Assembly: GCA_018824145.1 (NCBI GenBank)
Contig: JAHJHC010000032.1
Span: 5,330 to 69,329 of the forward strand
Source: Candidatus Omnitrophota bacterium
Lineage (GTDB): Bacteria; Omnitrophota; Gorgyraeia; Gorgyraeales; Gorgyraeaceae
Direction: 5' to 3'
Length of the DNA stretch: 64,000 bases
The position numbers were made by a program, and so were the translations under genes. Position 1 is the first letter of the stretch; each line of letters starts with the position of its first letter. A model generated the notes under the pieces. That model was not told the DNA's origin. It searched no databases and saw nothing but the letters and a program-made list of their open reading frames with translations. Positions 7,984-22,900 of this stretch are shown piece by piece.

Positions 7984-10900
7984 TTACTGCATTAGTACAA
8001 TAGGATCTTCAATCCCGCCAATTTTACTTTCAAAAGTCTGCAACACTACATCAACTGTTCCATTTATCGCGTCTGTCTTATTGCGGATCTCTTTTACAGT
8101 AGGTGATTCTGTCAAGGCCTCTTCTAAGATTGTGCCCATATCATACCCTTCCTCACCAGCTAAGGCCTTTATCCTATCCGAGACCTCATTAATTGCATTA
8201 GTGATTACAGCAGTAGGACCTTCTTTCGACATAATCTCAGGCAAAGCATCTACGGAACTCTTAAGATTCTTTAGTGTGAGCGCAATATTTATACTATCAC
8301 CGGAAATCAATACTGCCTCTAATGCCTTTATAGCCTCCAATGCCTTCTTGGCTGCACGTGATGCCTCTGGAGCTGCGGCTGCAAGTCCTGCTACTGTAGT
8401 AATACTCATGGATTCAACCATCCCTGAACCTACCAAGACTGTACCAGTCTGCTGTTCAGTGACCATGTAGGTATAGGCCTTACCAGCAGGGAAGTTTCCG
8501 TCAGCTTCAACCTTTGCTATATACATTCCCGGTGTATCCTGGGTCATAAGTAGCCCTTCTTCAATAGCATCTCCGTCCCAGGCATAAATATATACCTGCG
8601 GCAAGAGATTCGGCAACCCTATACATTGTAGAGTAATAGTATCTCCTGTTAATGCCGGATCAGGAAATACTGCAACACTCCACTCGTATTTTCCAACCAT
8701 ACCTGAACCAGTGACCAGTCCGCCTGTCTCTGATTCTTGGATAATGAAAGAGTATGCTTTACCTGCTTCAAAACTATCATCAGCTTCAAATTCATACACA
8801 TAAACTCCGTCGCTACTCTCTTTCATTATACTACTATAGACAAGGTTACTATTAACATCGTAAATATCAATTACAGGGGCTAACCCAGGTTGACCTTGGC
8901 AGTTTATGGTTACGGTTTCATTGGTCAATACTGGATTAGGGGACACACTAGCACCCCACGAATATTTCAATGCAGTTTCCATAAGGGTTTCACCTGCTTC
9001 TACAGCCATATCAGCACCTTCCTGCAAGTCCTCAATCGCTGATTGTGTCCTTGTCTCAAAACTGGTCAGTGTCATATCAACCATTGCAATCATCTCATCA
9101 GTCTTAGAATCAATAAGGGCTGACTGTTCATTCATCTTTGTCTCAATAGTCTCAGTCTGTGCTGAAACTATATCTACGACTTCATCTGTCTTTTGATCAA
9201 GAAGGATAATCTGTTGATCCATAGAAGCCTGTATCTCGCCGCTAATCACTGACATTGGTTTATCTAACACATAGTCGATCTTATCGTCCATGTTTTCAAG
9301 AGAGTCTTCCATAGATGCCATGGCAGTAGGTATAGTAACAGTGAATGATACAGGCGTTGTGAAGTTACCTCCAGTACCAAGCACAATGTAAGTCTTTACA
9401 GTATATACCTTACCTGCCTGCAAGGTATCATAGGCAGTTCCTCCGGAAGTATGAGATGTCGGAGTCCAGGTCTGTGGGAAAAAACCAGCAAAATCAATAG
9501 GAGTCTGGATTTCACCTGTCTTATAAGTTGCGCAATCTGCTATATTCTCAAACTGGAAGCGTTCCACTTCTTGCTCTAAATCAGGATCCCAACTCGTACC
9601 AAGCCAGATATCAACAGTCGACGGTATATCTTCATAGAAGTAGTGCTTCTCAGGATCCCCTGCTTGCGGTGTATCTTCTTCCTGTACTAAGATTGTCTTT
9701 CTCTTGATCTGTTCAAATCCATCGTAAATCTTTACATCAACAACCAATGCCCCAGGAACCAATGAACCATCTCTTTCCAGCCATGAAGTTATATCCAATC
9801 TGTCAGTCTCTACATCATAAGAAAACTCTGAGTACGCCCTCCAGATATGTACAACCAATGTTTCCATAGTACGGAAAATCTTCCTGTCTCCCCATACTTT
9901 ACCTTCTTCGTCCACTCCGGTAAAATATGTTACTTCAATTGGACCATAATCTTTGTGGGTGAAGGTTGCTGTCCAATTGTCAGCTGTAACATCATGGTTT
10001 TTGGGCGAACTAACACCTGTTGCGTCCCAGCCAGGCCATCCACTTGTTGAGACTTCACTTACTGTCAACCCATTTATATGCTGGTTCGTAATTAAATCTC
10101 GTATATCCCATGTAATCGTATAGTAATCTATCTTCATTGTAGTGGATACACCAGCTGGAAAACCTGGATCAACATATGGACCCTCTATAAATACGTCAGG
10201 GTCATTGTGGTCATATATACGGATCTTTACAGTATCTGAACGATCATTAGCAATCTTCCAGTCAAATGTACCAGTATTATCCCAGTCTAATGCCTGCTGC
10301 CCTAGATCATTTTTAATAAGAATCTGATTGTCAGGCACGCCGTCTGCCGGGTCTATATCCGCGAAATTATCTTTTGAATAGTATATATCTACTTTAGGTA
10401 TAGTACCAAATGTTGTCCAGGTAACTTCACGTACTTCATTTGTAACCCAGCGACACTCATAGTCTAAAACTTCTGCCGGATCCCCGCCTTCTTTCAATGC
10501 TATGGCAGGAGAAGTAAGAGTGAAATCACCCTGAATCTTAAATTCGCCGGAATCGTCATTTACAATGCTCTCCAACAGAGTCCTTGCATCAGCTACTTTT
10601 ATCACGCAGGTAGGTGAGATATAATCCTCTACTATCCATGTGAATGAATGCGTTGCACCCGGATTCTGAGGATCATATACACCGTTGGTTACGATACCTG
10701 TATTAGCAGTGCCAGGATCATTATCTTCATCTATAGGAACAAACGGGCCTCCTACACCGTTCTGCGATATGGTTATCTTCACCTGCGGCATTGTTCCGCC
10801 CCATTCCCATGTAATGTCGTGAGAACTGGCAACTGCCCATTTTTCATCTGCAACAGGTGCATGAGTTATTATATAACCTATTATCTCAAAACTTTGGCTT

Positions 10901-13900
10901 TCGCCTATAATATCTGTCTGATCACCTACTGGAGAGGTTCCGTCTCTTGCATCAGCTACTCTGATAATAACATTTGCACTCGCCTCATCAGGAACCGTCC
11001 ATGTGAAAGTATGCTCTGCGCCTGGTCCGCCTGCGCCTGCGCCGTTAGTTACTAAGCCGGTATTTGCAGTACCAGGGTCATTGTCCTCGTCTACAGGATT
11101 AAAAGGCCCTGTAAGTCCATTGGTAGAATAAGTAATCTCAACTTCAGGAATAGTCCCTACCCAATTCCATTTTATATCCTTATCCTGTCCTATTTCCCAA
11201 GAAGGACCTCCTACAGGTGCATTAATCGTAATCTCACCCATGATCCTGAATAAGCCTGATGTATCAACTGCATCTGAATCCAATGAACTTTCTACGCGCA
11301 GTTTTACAGTATCCCTGGCAATATCATCAGGTACTGTCCAGTCAAATGAACCTCCACTTGCTCCATTAGCCACTATACCAGTATCTGCAGTCTGAGGATC
11401 ATTATCTTCATCTATAGGATCGAATGGTCCTGTATCACCGTTTAAAGAATATGTTATCTTTACATCCGTTACTGTACCGGTATTAGTCCAGGTAATTTGG
11501 TACGAATCACCAACAACCAGGTCCTGGCCCGTAATATTAGGATCTATTGTAAACTTGGCGCTGATCTTTGCATACGGTGCTGTAGTAAAGCTGTTTCGGT
11601 TCGGAAAACCAGTTTGCGCATTAACAGTATGAGGTGCAACACCATAACAATCTGAATCGTCATTGGATTCTACCTTGATCTTTAACTGGCTAGAAATGAT
11701 ATCAGGAACCTTTGGTACCCATAACCATTCTTCGTCTGTCGCAGGAGTTGAACTTCCTGATATAGCTGTCCATGAACTACCGCCGGTGAGAGAATAATAC
11801 ATAGTCACGTTGCCAAGAGTAGGCACTGTTGTATCTGTAATTGTCCACGTGATATATCTATTGGTATCATTAACAAACCACTGTTCATCACTCACTGGAG
11901 AAGTAACAATTATATCAGGCATAATTTTGAATGGACTAGCTGAATCCTTATAAGCATCTGTATCAGTCGGATCATCATAATTCGGATCTTCTACCCGCAT
12001 TATGAGCCCCATGTTATCTGTAATCAACCTATAATCAAGCGTAGTAGGTATGGTCCAGTCATAAATGCCTGCAGTACCAGATGACGGTTGAACACCAATC
12101 ACATACTTTATTGTAGGATTGGCTTGTAGATACACAGTGAGTTTTACTGCTTCCTGGGTCCTCGCTGTATCAGAATATGTTATACCTGTCTTAGTCCAGG
12201 AGATAGTCTCAGTATGTCCCAGAATCCATTTCTGTCCGCCATTAGGTGAAATACTAGTAAAGTTGACCCGGATAGTGAACGCATCAGAGATATCATAGAC
12301 ATCTGGATCATCATGTTTAGAGATACGGATTCTCATACTTTCAAATCCGACTGCCTCCGGCGGTATATTCCAGCCAAAATTACCTACGCTCCCGACAAAT
12401 TGCTCGGACGAGGTTATAACCTTTATATCCGTCGGGTCCTGCGGATCGCCAGGATCAGTAAAGTCCGGATTATTATATGCATATTCTATTTTGACTTTAT
12501 CAAAACTACTCGGGCCGTATCTCGTCCATTTGATAGTCCCCTGAGTACCAGCCTCCCAGACATATCCAGTCTCCGGTTCCTCAACCACAACCCTTGCCAT
12601 AATCTTAAACGGATTATCTGTTACATCTTTGACATCCGGAAATGCTGTATTATGGTCTTTTACCCGTATAAGCACATTCTCTGCAGTTAAAGTTATTGGT
12701 ATATCCCACGGATATTCTTTAGCACCGCTATTACTATAATTGGTTATTATATCTACCCAATCATTAGGATTGGATGGCGGTGTTGAACCAAGGTAATAAG
12801 CTATGTCTACATTAGTAATATTACCCTGCGAAGTCCATTTTACATAATGAGTTAAATCACATCCCCATTTTTCCATGTCAAGAAAATCAGGTGCTGTACC
12901 GCCATTGGGTTCAGTTACAGTAATTGTACCTTGTATAGTGAAGTCAACTGAAGTATCAAAACAATATGCAGAGTAAGTAGCATTCGCATCAGAGACACGG
13001 ATCCTATAGGTATGTGTAAGGTCTATACTATTAGGGATCGGCCAATCATAACTATTAGTAGCATCATTGGTAATCCCTGATATAACTGTCCCTGGCCATG
13101 TGTCATACGGAGCATCTTTCTTATATTTAATATCTACTGAAGTTGCTATATCTTCAGAGGTCCAAGTTACAGCATGCGTATTACCGGCTATCCACGGCAC
13201 TGTTCCGTCAGGAGTTAGTACAGTGATGTTATCTATTATCCAGAATGCTGTATCTGATTCATCCTTTACTAATTCTTGAGGATCGCTGGGATCCTTAAGC
13301 CGGATAAAGCAGTTAGTTGATCTACCTTTATCAGTAGGCACTGACCAGGAGTATTCTGTAGCACCTTCCACATAAGTCATATATTCATAATTTTCTTCTA
13401 CGTCCCCTGTTGTAGATAAGTAAATATCCACTCTGGAAATCGGACCGATCATAGTCCATATAATCTTTGAATCCTGATCAAATTGACCTGCCTTCAATTT
13501 GCTGCTAGAGTCATTAGGCTGCGTTACTGTTAACTGTCCGTGTACAGTAAACGGAGCTGATTCAGTAGTAGCACTGGAATCCTGTGCGTCACTTATTTTA
13601 ATCTGTGCCTCGTAACTTATTGCATTAGGAACTGTCCAAGGATATTGATTATTATTACTTATGGTTGAGCCGTCATTTACAAAATCAAAGTTATCCTGAT
13701 CATCTAAGCGGTATCGTATATACACATTGAGAATGGTACCTTTTGTGGTCCATTCTATAGTCTTTGCACTATTAGCCAGCCACCTGTCAGTTGAAATTGG
13801 ATGTAAGAATGTGAATCCGCCCCGCACAATGAACTCGGGTGAAAAACCTGTTACAAAAGATTTTTGATTCGTATCTTTTATCCTTATTATTGTATGCGTA

Positions 13901-16900
13901 CTGGCTACAGTAGTTACTGAATTCCAAGTATATGTGTTTGCATCCTGAGATACTGCCAAAGAAGGTTCAATTTCTGTCCAGGGCCCGGATAGACCATTAC
14001 TAGAAAATTCTATCTTAACATTAGTTATAGCGCCGGAAACCGTAAAGTTAATATCTTCCTGCTCCTGGCAAATCCACGGGTCTCCTGCTTGAGGCCGCGT
14101 AACTACTATATTAGCAATCTTAAAAACAGGCGAAGTATTTGTCACTTCATTATACAATTCATCTGTCACACGCACTACTACATTACTACTAATTGTAGGA
14201 GGTACGGTCCAGGGATAGGATTGGTCACTGGCAGTAATATCCGTATCAATGGTTATCCAATCTACGCCAGTACCTACACCGTCATAATCATAGTCTAATG
14301 TTACCTCAGGTATCGGCCCTGTTGTTGTCCAGGTAATATTCTTCTGCGCGCCGGAATCCCAAACCTGATCCAGCTGCGGGCTGGTAATCAAGAGCTTACC
14401 TCTTACGTAGAAAAAGTCTGAAACAGCCGCTATAGTAGGCTTTGTAGCGTCTGAATTAACTATCCTGACTTTCACTGAATCGCTTATGACGCTGGGAACG
14501 CTCCAGGTAGTTGAATTCTCTGTTAAATCCTCTCCGTCAGTAATATACTGATATGCACCGCCATTTATCGTAGGTTCTGACCACAATACGTCAACAAGTG
14601 GGATATTGCCTGTCTTGGTCCAGGAAATTGTCTTCTGATCCAATACATACCAGGTTTCTCCGCCTACTGGTGCACCAAGGACTATCTTACCTGTTATAGT
14701 GAAATTACCTGACTCATCTTTTACGTCATTAGGCTTGGTAGTATCTGCTATCCTGACATTGATCTCGTCAGACATCTGATCCGGGATCTTCCAGGTGAAA
14801 CTACCGTCTGAGGCAGAAATATTACTTGCCTGGCCTACAGGATCAACCTGCGGGTCTTCCCCTGCTGCCCAACCTAGTACCCAGCCAAAATCTCCGCCAG
14901 CTACTGAATATTCAATATTTACATTATTTACAACGCCTGTTACTGTCCACTCTATATCGTGATTATCATTTACTACCCATGCATCACTGGTAGTAGGACT
15001 GTCAAGGGTTATCTTTGCCCTTACCTCAAACGAGTTAGATGTATGTTTTGCATCTGCGTTATCCGGATCACTGATCTTTACCAAACACGTAGTTGATGCA
15101 ACATCACTCGGTACAGTCCATGAATAAGCACCTGAATTGGAAACAAACCCTGTACCGGGATTTCCAGCGCTTACATAGTCAATATTACGCCAAGCACCGC
15201 CATTATTGCTTGAGAATTCAAGTTTCGCAATAAGTATATCAGCTCCGTTTGGCGTCCAGGTTATGGTGCGACCTGAAGCGGAAATAACATAAGCTGGTAT
15301 AGCGTCTAACACAAATCCGCCCCTGATCTTAAAGGGAACTGATTCGTCTTCTACTTTATCAACAGCTGTCTCAGTATCCTCATCTGTTATCTTGATCTTG
15401 ACACTTTCAGATACGTGATCAGGTATTGATGACCAAGTATAGGATTGACCTGATGCTGCTACAGGCATATTTGAGGCATCTACCAGATCATATCCCTGGC
15501 CATAGTCATAGTAGATGTTTACGAGCCCTATACTTCCTGTATAGGACCAGGTGATGTTCTTATCTGTTGTCCCGACTTCCCAATTAGAATTTGAATCAGG
15601 TTTTACTACAGTTATGCTGCCTATAATGTCAAAACTCGGAGAATCGCCGTAAACACTGGAATTGACGTTATCAACTACTCTAACCACTACGTCATCACTT
15701 ATGGCATCAGGAATATTATCCCATGTGTAATCACTGGTAGCATCTACATTACCGGATACATCCAGGTCTTCAAACGAGCCGCCGTCTACACTGTAGTATA
15801 ACTTCACATAGCTAACCTGTTCAGAACCATTTAGGCTCCAGGAAATAGTGTGTCCATCTGAAAGGACCACTAAATTGCTGTCTTCTACAGGTTGTGAAAC
15901 TGTTATTACAGGCCTTATAGAGAATGGATATGTTGATACGCTATAGACATCAGTGGCTGCACCAGTATGATGCAGAGTATCTGATACTTTTATATAGCAG
16001 TTTTCTGAATTTTCGTCTTCTACTGTCCATTGATATGTATTGGAGCCATCTCCGTAAGCACCTCCGCCGTCATGATCCAGTATAATATCAATGTAATTCC
16101 CACCAGCTGAGGTCTTATATTGTATATCTACATTAGTCACGTCACCTATAGCTGTCCATGTAATATTTTTACTTTGACCTTTAAGCCAAATCGGTTTTGG
16201 AGTTTGCGAATCAGGGGCAGTGACATCCAATGAACCTACGAATTTAATATTATAGGGAACTACTGCCTTCACATCAGAATCATATTCGTGGCTGATTCTG
16301 ATCTTCACCTGATCATCTATGTCATTAGGCACGGTAAATGGATACACCCTTCTGACACCATGCGCAGAGTTAGCCACTGAAGTGAAATAATTAGTCTCCA
16401 GTTCATCCGCAAATGCATTTGTAGAGTATTCTATCTTAATCGGCCCGAATGTCCCTGTGGGTGTCCATTCAATATCATACGAAGTATTAACTGACCACAT
16501 AAGACCGCTCTCTATAGGAGACTCCCAAACAATGTCACCTTCTATCTCAAACGCCTCTGAATCATCAGTTACTTCTGTATTATCCACATCAGTTATCCTT
16601 ACTATAGCTGCCTTAGTATCATCAGTGATAGAATCAATCGCAGGGGCCCATAGATTATATGAACTAGACCCATACTCAAAATCCACTGTTGCTATATTTG
16701 TCCACGGTGCAGATCCGGTCTTGGAGAATTGAATTATCACATCACCCATATCTGCTGTCCCTAATGTAGTCCATTCTATAGTAAAGGCAGTTCCTACTGT
16801 CAATACATCCGTTGTCTCAGGTTCTGTAACAGTAATGCCGCTTTTCATCATGAAGCTATCAGACTCACCACATGCAGCTGCCAATGAAGCATCTGCTACC

Positions 16901-19900
16901 TTGATCATTGCCTGATCTTTAGTCAAAATATCTTCATCAGTAGGAATTGTCCAAGGATACGAAACAGGAGGCGTAGCAGTATATGAAGAGTTAATTACAT
17001 ATCCTCCGTACGGAGGATACGTTACTCCGTCGTCATTAGAATATACTATTTCGAATACATTAGGCGAACCTACTGTACCTATAAGACCTGTTACATTCCA
17101 CTCAATAAGATTACCTGAAGTCCCAATAACCCATTTGTCATTTGAGTCAGGTGAAGTAACAGTTATTACTGCGCGTATCTCAAATGTAGCTGATAGGTCT
17201 ACTGCTGCAGCATTGTCAGGATCACTAATTTTAAATTGGCAGGCAACAGACTTAACATCTGTAGGCACACTCCATGAACAGCTCTCTGAGTTTGTTACAA
17301 GACCCGTATGACCGGTGGGATTAGTCTTGTAGTCAATATCGTGCCATGTAGTACCGTCAAAAAATTCAAGTTTTGCAATAGGAATCTGTCCCTGCAGGTC
17401 ATAATTTTCCCATTTAATAGTATATGGATCACCTGCTGAAAGCGTTGTAGGAAGCAGAGCATCATTGATGTCAAAGTTTCCTGCAATATGGAATGTCGGG
17501 GACTCGTATTTCGTATATGTTTGACGATCCGTATCAACATCCTGGATCATAATCTGAGTAGTTAGAGTAATATGAGGTCCGACACCGTCTATACCAGCAT
17601 CCGGATCATCAAATGTCCACGTATCAGGAGAACCTGGTACAGTACTCTCAGTCTTAAGGTATTGATAGCCCTCACCGTCATCATAATCTATAAGTATATC
17701 CACACTGGTCAATTGATTACCGTATGCTGTCCAGTTAACTGTCTTATTAGTCTCTCCTACAAACCAGTTAGCATCCTGGGCAGGAGATAAACCATAGACA
17801 ATCCTTCCAAGTACGCGGAACGGAGATGAATCTCCGTATACCTTGTCCTCGAATCCAGTATCTTTATCTCTTACTCTTATCACTGCCTGGTTATAGCTTA
17901 ATTGCAGCGGGGCAGTTATAGCTGAACAGGTTTCTTCGGTATTAACATTATCCAAAAGCAATGTACCGGGAAGCCCGCCTGTTCCTGTAGATGAATAGTA
18001 GATCTGCACAGTAGATATAAGATTATCGTCGGATATAATATCTTCTGTCCAGGTCACTGTCTGATTCTCTAATCCAGCCCTCCATATAGGCGGATTAGAA
18101 CCTTCGTCACCAGCTGAAGGAGTAATGGTTACTCCGCTTATTGTCGGGTATGCACTGAATGTACCTGCTGATTCACCTTCTGCCTTTGGCGAAGTCTGTG
18201 CGTCTCTTATCCGAATCGTGCAATTGTTGCTTTTAACATCAGGTATTTGTGGTACGTTATAGGTCTCTATATTACCGTCTCCTACTGTGGCTGTGCCGCC
18301 CACAGCTAAATTATGCTCTGTTGTTCCATCATAGAGATAGATATATACTGTACTCATGGTATCTCCATAAGCACGCCATTTGACCTGTCTATTTGTATCT
18401 CCTACATTCCAGTCTATATCAAACGGCGCATAGTCTACTGTCGGAGTAAGTACAGTTATCTTACCTCGTATGTACATTGCGACTGAGGCAGCGCTTATTA
18501 CACTGCTATAATCTGTCTCATTCGCATCTCTCACCTTAAATTTAGTCGTATCCGTAAGATCAGCTGTTACCGGTATGGTCCACTGGTAAGTACCGCTTCC
18601 TACTGGGGTTGCAACTCCATTAAATGCACTTACATTAAACGGATCCAGATTTGTATCAACTGTATATTCATCTCCTGTAAAATTCCCTGAAGGAGATGCA
18701 ATGATCTTTACCTTATTTATCTCACCATGGTTTACATCCCATGATATGGCCTTTTGTTCTGTTATCCTCCAGGTAGTTGTCGTAGCAGGTGCGGTTAAGG
18801 TAAGAGCACCTCTTACCTTAAAGGCATCGCTTAGTACAAATGTCCCGTCAGTACCGGACTTTTCATAATTTGTATCTTCTATTAAAATCTTATAGTTTGG
18901 TATAAGTGGTGTTTCTGGAATTATCCATGCTGAGGCAAGTGACTGCTGTAAAGCCGCAGTTGTTGAAAATGTGCGGTCAGCAACTATTACATTCGAGAAG
19001 GTCACACCGTCTGTCGCATATTTTACACTCACTGCATTTATACGGCCATCCCTCTGCCAGGTTATCTGCGTACTATCTCTACCTACAAATCCACTGGCTA
19101 ATGTACCTGCAGTCGGAGTAATTATAGTCAGCTGTCCTTTTACTATGAAATCCAATGATTCATCTACGACATATGTGCCGAATGTTGAGGTATCTTCTAT
19201 CTTTATAAGTGAATCATCACCAGCATCCACCCTTGTTATATAATCCCCTGTTGCTGGATTTGTCGGGATAGTCCAATCGTATGAACCCTGGTTCGGAATA
19301 GTATCATCACCATCTGCATCACCGTCACCATCATCATCTTCAGCAGCCATTGAAGCAACTAGCTCTGTCCAGCCACCCCCTGTGTCTCTGGAATATGATA
19401 TCTTTACATTAGTTACAGGACCGTACACATCCCATGAAACAGTATTTGCTGTTGCGCCGTCTGCTGTCCAAATATCACCTTGACTAGGTGCAGTAACTTC
19501 TACATTACCGCATATCACAAATTCATTCGATTCTTTTGCTGTACTCGGTTGAAGCGGCGTACTTGCTGTAATCCTGAACTTTATATCTTCTGCAGCAAGA
19601 TTTAAAGGTATTGGATTATCATGTGCACCAGTCGTATCCCATGTATATGTGTTCTCATTAGCTACTCCTGAACCATGTTTATTGTTAGCAACTCCATCCT
19701 TTATCAATAACCATTCTCCACTGGCACCTGAATCTTTATTCCAGTATTCCAGTTTTACCGCGGAAACACTGTCACCGATTGTATTCCATTTGATTACAAA
19801 GGACGGCGTCAATGAATCTACATGGAAAGGCTCTCCTCCTGTTGGATATGCGAATGTAAAGGAAGAAGTTATCTTAAATGCATCTGATGTAGTAGTAGTT

Positions 19901-22900
19901 GCATCTTCATAAGCGCTGTCACCATCCTGGATCCTTACCTGTACATTGTTTCCAACTTCATTAGGAACGCCATCCGGATCCCATACGCCACCAGCTGATG
20001 CAGGATTATATCCTGCTACGCCGTCATCTACGTCAACATTCGCTTTTAAAAGCACTTCAGGATCGCCTGTGCCATAACCGTCATAATCAATATATATATC
20101 TACTGCTGTTAGATTTCCGTCATAGTGCCACTTTATAAGCTTATCAGTCGCACCTACAGGCCAGTTATGAGCACTATCAGGTTCATCTATATAAATCTTA
20201 CCTGCTACCCTGAAATTAGTAGCTGTCATTGCATTTATATAATCATCAAAATTAGAGTCCGCATCCCTGACTGCGATACGTCCCTGGGTGGTTTTATTAG
20301 TCGCTACTGTAATAGTATTACAGCTGCCCTGGGCTGTAGACCAGTTATCTACTATAGGTGTATCAGTTTCAAAGTTAAATCCGCCTGTTCCAGTAGCACT
20401 GTAATATATATCTACTGTTGTGAGCTTTGAACTTGTCTCTGTCCAGGTAACTGTCTGGTTCTCGGAATCAGATACCCATACTCCGGCTATATTAGGTGGA
20501 TTCGTCGGTGTTATTGCTACACTACTGATAGTCGGATACGCACTAAATGTACCTGACTCTCCTTCTGCATTAGGCGAAACAGCAGCATCTCTTATTCGAA
20601 TCGTACAATTATGGCTCTTTACATCCGGGACTGAAGGTACATTATAAGTCTCTATGTTGCCGTTTCCAACAGTAGATGTACCGCCTACAGCTAAATCATA
20701 CTCGGTAGTCCCATCATATAGATAAATATATACTGTACTCATGGTATCCCCATACGAACGGAACTGTACCTGTTTATCAGCCTCTCCTACCTTCCAGTCC
20801 ACACCAAACGGTGCATAATCTACGGAAGGTGTAAGTACAGTTATCTTACCTCGTATATACATTACTACTGATGCAGTACTTATTACGTCTGCAAAGTCTG
20901 TCTCATTGGCATCCCGAACTTTGAATTTAGTCGTATCAGTAAGGTCAGCTGTTACAGGTATTGTCCATGGGTAACTACCGCTTCCTACAGGAGTAGCTGC
21001 TGCACTAAATGCACTTACGTTAAATGGGTCAAGATTTGTATCAACCGTATATTCGTCCCCTGTGAAATTGCCGGAAGGAGATGCAATGATCTTTACCTTA
21101 TTTATCTGGCCATGGTCCACATCCCAGGATATGGTCTTCTGTTCAGTTATCCTCCAGGTAGTTGTAGTTGAAGGAGCGGTTATAGAAAGCGCACCTTTTA
21201 CTGTGAATGTATTACTTAATATATAGGTACCGTCTGTGCCTGATTTTTCATAATTTGTATCTTCTATTAAAATCTTATAATTAGGTGTAAGCGGGGTCTC
21301 GGGTACTATCCATGCTGAGGCAAGTGATTGCTGTGTAGCTGCAGTAGTGGCAAATGTCCGGTCAGCTGCTATCACATTGGAGAAAGTAACCCCGTCTGTT
21401 GCATACTTTACATTAACTGCATTGATACGGCCATCTCTTTGCCATGTAATCTGTGTCGAGTCTCTTCCTACAAACCCGCTAGCCAGTGTACCTGCTGTAG
21501 GCGCAATTATCGTCAGCTGTCCTTTTACTATAAAATCTAACGACTCATCATTGACGTACGTGCCATAAGTAGCAGATGCATCTTCGACCTTTATATATGA
21601 AACATCAGCTGCATCTACTCTCGTAATAAAGTCTCCTGAAGCAGGATTAACAGGGATGGTCCACTGGTATGCGCCTTTATTTGCCTGAGCATCTCCTGCC
21701 TCTGCTAACTGGGTCGGTACTATTACTGTATAACCAACGCCGCTATCTCTGGAATACGATATTTTAGCATTAGTTACAGGTCCGTATACATCCCATGAAA
21801 TCGTATTTGCTGTTGCACCATCTGCTACCCAAATCTCACCCTGTTCCGGCGCAGTCACATCCAAAGTCCCGCAAATAACGAATTCCTCTGACTCTAATTC
21901 CGTAGCAGGATGATTGGGTACGACTGATGTAATCCTGAATTTAATGTCAGTCGCAGCATAATTTACAGGAAGAGGTGTCGAAGAAGCAGGGCCCCAATCA
22001 TATGTATTGACCTGAACACCATCGCCATAGTTATTATCGACATTCCCGTCTATAAGCGTCCAGCCATTTACGTTGTGATAATATTCAAGTTTTACCTTGG
22101 ATACGTCAGACCCTGTTGTCTTCCATTGAATCTGTAACGGGCTCGGGCTGGTATCATCATCTATATGGAATGTCTCTCCGCCTAACGGATAAGCAAATTC
22201 AAATGAACCAATAATATTAAATGCAGGCGAAAGGTATTGTGTATAAGCCTTTCGGTCTGTATCAACATCTTCTATCCTTACTGTAACATTTTCCGCAGCA
22301 TAGTCACCCACGCCATCTACACCCGTATCTATATCATCATAAGTCCATGAATCAGGAGATTCAGGGACAGTATCTTCTGTCTTCTGATAGATATAGCTGC
22401 TCCCATAATCAATATAGATATCCACCTGAGTAAGCTGATCTCCATATGCTGTCCAGTTAATTAATTTATCCACAGCTCCTATTCCCCAGTTGGCACCTAG
22501 AGAAGGAGATGCACCATAAACTACCCGGCCTAAGACACTGAACACCTCTGTAGAATCTCCGTATACCTTATTTTCAAAACCTGTGTCATTATCCTGGACA
22601 CGGATCTTTGCACTCTGAAAACTCAAGTTTGTCGGAGCAGTAATAGTCGCACAGCTCTCATGCGTCAAGACATCTTCTTTGATTGTTACAGCATCAGCAA
22701 ATGTCCCTGCCTTACTGTATACAATATCAACTGTGTCTACTAGGGTATCATCTGATATATCATTTTCTGTCCACGTTACTGTCTGGTTGGCTAATTTAGC
22801 CCTCCATATAGTATGGTCTTTAGCTTCGTCGCCGACTGAAGGAACTATATCTACATTAGTTATTGTAGGATACACATAAAATGTCCCTGAAGTCTCTGAA

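Noticed and set aside
7735-8470. ORFs 7735-7950 (-) and 7811-8470 (+)
   Set aside because: Both translate the same palindrome (EIRDTSQFS...ENWDVSRIS on each strand) or run antisense to the giant gene; artefacts.
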